A program made the position numbers and the translations under genes. Below, in pieces: positions 44,948-46,877 of a stretch of 46,877 bases of DNA. The notes below the pieces were generated by a model that was not told the DNA's origin, searched no databases, and was given only the letters and a program-made list of their open reading frames with translations. Every line of letters starts with the position of its first letter. Position 1 is the stretch's first letter. The stretch is from Luteitalea sp. (lineage in GTDB: Bacteria; Acidobacteriota; Vicinamibacteria; Vicinamibacterales; Vicinamibacteraceae), in assembly GCA_035503395.1 (NCBI GenBank), contig DATJTM010000487.1, positions 1-46,877 of the forward strand, in the 5' to 3' direction.

Positions 44948-46136
44948 GTTTGCTGCGCTCGCGCACCGTCCATCCGAGCACGCGATCGGCATTGGTCTGG
45001 TAGATGCGCTTCAACACCGCGTCGGGCAGGTGCAGGCCATATACCCGCCATTCACCGGTCGGCGGGAACGGGTGGTCGTAGTACTTGAAGTACTCGTCGC
45101 TGGTCTCGAGCAGCCGGTAGTACAGACGATGGCGTGGCTGATCGACGCGGCCCGGATACCGGTCGGTGCCGAACAGCACACGGTCCTGCCACTTGATGAG
45201 GAATGCGCGCGCCGTGTACGGCTGACGACCCAGTTCCGCCTCGCGCGCCGAGAGGTCGACCACGAGGTTGGGATTCGCCTGCAGCCGGCGCTCGAGGGCC
45301 GCGAGGTCCTCGCCGTTGTCACCGAGATGCGCGGCGATGAAGGTCGTGCGCCGGTGCTTCGCAATCATCCGATCGCGCTGCATCAGCACCTCCTCCCGCT
45401 TTGGAAACTGCGGTCCGTAAAAGCTCCAGTCCGGATGCCGCTTCAACTGTAGCCAGCGCTCGTTGTGCTCGTCGATCGGCGAGAAGAACGCGACCGGATC
45501 GGCCGAGTGAATCAGCACCGGCATCCGGAGACGACCACACGCTTCCCAGATCGGATCGAGGCGTGGATCGTCGATGGCGACGATGCGACCGCTGCCGTCC
45601 TTGATGGTCAGTCCGAGGTTCTTGAAGATCTTCAGGCCGGCGGCGCCACGCGCATGCGCCCGTTCGAGCATCGCGACGTGGTCGGCACCGAACGTCGGGC
45701 TGTCGATCTTGCTGAAGTCGATATTGGCAAAGATCACCAGGCGCCCGGGTGCCGCGTCGTGGAAGCGGGCCAGCATCCGGTCGAGCGCATCACCGAAGCC
45801 ACCACTGAGGTTGATCGACCGCTCGACGCCGAGGTCGTCCATCGCCTTCAGCAACGCGGCGGGTTCGACGCTCGCCGGCCAGTGCGCGTGGATGTCGGTG
45901 GCCGGGTACTTCGCCTTGCGGACGTCGGTGGCGCGCGTGACCAGCGCCGCGGTCGGGTCGTAGGGCTTGAGCACCGCGTCGCCGACGAACAGTGCCTGCC
46001 CCATCGGCGGATCCTGCTCGCGGTCCTGAGCGCTCGCCCAGGCAACCAGACCACCGCCGATCGCGCCCGCGACGACCAGCGTCAGGCCACGAAGCGAGTT
46101 TTGAAACGTGTTCCGAAAAGTGCGAGTATCTCGCAT
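44943..46136 (-). CDS. Secreted amidohydrolase family protein
   Basis: DIHAH, GLKIFK, LIHSAD, AAHLG, LFGTD metal-binding motifs; signal ending ASA-Q. Start uncertain. Confidence 0.88.
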   Translation of the reverse strand: MRDTRTFRNTFQNSLRGLTLVVAGAIGGGLVAWASAQDREQDPPMGQALFVGDAVLKPYDPTAALVTRATDVRKAKYPATDIHAHWPASVEPAALLKAMDDLGVERSINLSGGFGDALDRMLARFHDAAPGRLVIFANIDFSKIDSPTFGADHVAMLERAHARGAAGLKIFKNLGLTIKDGSGRIVAIDDPRLDPIWEACGRLRMPVLIHSADPVAFFSPIDEHNERWLQLKRHPDWSFYGPQFPKREEVLMQRDRMIAKHRRTTFIAAHLGDNGEDLAALERRLQANPNLVVDLSAREAELGRQPYTARAFLIKWQDRVLFGTDRYPGRVDQPRHRLYYRLLETSDEYFKYYDHPFPPTGEWRVYGLHLPDAVLKRIYQTNADRVLGWTVRERSKR

Positions 46137-46877
46137 GCGCCGAATGCTCCTCACGTTCGCGATGCTGCCATTGGCGGCATCGACCCTCCTGCTGGCGGCC
46201 CCGCGACAACCGCGGTCGGTCCAGCACGTCGACGTCTACAAGGTCGCCGGTCGATACGGCGGCTGGCCAGCCAATCATGGCATCTGGCAGTGGGGCCAGG
46301 AGATTCTCGTCGGATTCGAGGCGGGATACTTCAAGGACAGCACCAGCGGCCACTCCATCGACTACACCAAACCGGCCGAGCACCTGCTCGCCCGCAGCCT
46401 CGATGGCGGCGCCACCTGGAAGATCGAACGGCCCGATGACCTGAAGCCGCCGCCGGGCGAAAAGCAGGCCGGCGTGCCGTCGGAATCCGGCGGTCGTGCC
46501 GTCACGCCGAGCCCCGGCGACATCCCCTTCGGCCACCCCGATTTCGTGTTCACCGCGCGGATGGCCAGCATCCACGTCGGCCCGTCGCGCTTCTACTACT
46601 CGACCGACCGCGGCCGCACGTGGAAGGGCCCGCACGCCCTCCCCGACCTCGGCACCCCAGGCATCGCCGCCCGCACCGACTACATCGTCGACGGCCCGAA
46701 GACGATGACGCTGCTGCTCACGGCCGGCAAGGCGAACAACAAGGAAGGCCGCGTGGTCGCGGCCCGCACGACCGACGGCGGCAAGACGTGGACACGCCTC
46801 GGCTACGTGCACGACGAACCGGCCGAGAACGACTACGGGATCATGCCGTCGACGGTGCGCCTGTCGCCGACCAGCCT
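46135..46877 (+). CDS. Secreted BNR/Asp-box (sialidase-like) protein, truncated by the window end
   Basis: Not in the ORF track. My translation gives MRRMLLTFAMLPLAASTLLLA..GGWPANHGIW, with Asp-boxes SLDGGATW, STDRGRTW and TTDGGKTW. Confidence 0.87.
   Translation, partial: MRRMLLTFAMLPLAASTLLLAAPRQPRSVQHVDVYKVAGRYGGWPANHGIWQWGQEILVGFEAGYFKDSTSGHSIDYTKPAEHLLARSLDGGATWKIERPDDLKPPPGEKQAGVPSESGGRAVTPSPGDIPFGHPDFVFTARMASIHVGPSRFYYSTDRGRTWKGPHALPDLGTPGIAARTDYIVDGPKTMTLLLTAGKANNKEGRVVAARTTDGGKTWTRLGYVHDEPAENDYGIMPSTVRLSPTS

Noticed and set aside
46095-46114. IS/MITE terminal inverted repeat
   Set aside because: The AT-rich tract has no partner end, target-site duplication or transposase in the window.
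72-46877. Many long antisense or alternate-frame ORFs (for example 4108-6240 -, 6996-8879 +, 11510-13537 -, 27204-29045 -)
   Set aside because: They shadow well-supported genes, carry no family motifs, and are expected from stop-codon scarcity in high-GC coding DNA.
1-46877. Defence system, prophage, integron, tRNA/rRNA or secondary-metabolite gene cluster
   Set aside because: No diagnostic genes or RNA motifs were seen; the SnoaL-like and methyltransferase genes lack any associated synthase.

Overview
GC-rich bacterial chromosomal window. The gene repertoire (Oar-type TonB-dependent receptor, PVC-type CxxCH dehydrogenase, many secreted hydrolases) suggests Acidobacteria, possibly Vicinamibacteria/Luteitalea-like; this is inference only. 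I find about 32 credible genes: three clustered hybrid/PAS histidine kinases, a polysaccharide deacetylase, a heme-binding dehydrogenase-like protein, a solute-binding hybrid kinase, a TolB-N-like protein, a Tat-exported TIM-barrel isomerase, a ribose-type ABC transporter, an FG-GAP/VCBS protein, a methyltransferase, a TonB-dependent receptor with esterases and a peptidase, a NUDIX hydrolase, a divergent OmpR-type two-component pair, an intradiol-dioxygenase-like lipoprotein, a SnoaL-like protein, DsbD, a GlcD-like FAD oxidase, an amidohydrolase and a truncated BNR/sialidase-like gene. No rRNA, tRNA, CRISPR array, transposase, integrase or phage gene is visible. The most interesting signals are non-coding: (1) a recurring 11-bp-periodic GCCAC(A/G)-N5-G(C/T)(C/A)AC(A/G) box, twice followed at exactly 7 nt by CGTC(A/T)AA, which may define a regulon around the two-component pair; (2) GTAG-type REP hairpins that supply stop codons and, in one case, sit in-frame inside a gene; (3) mosaics of 7-9-nt tandem repeats abutting promoters and flanking the response regulator in inverted orientation; (4) several apparently leaderless genes. 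All calls come from reading motifs by eye, with no database searches.
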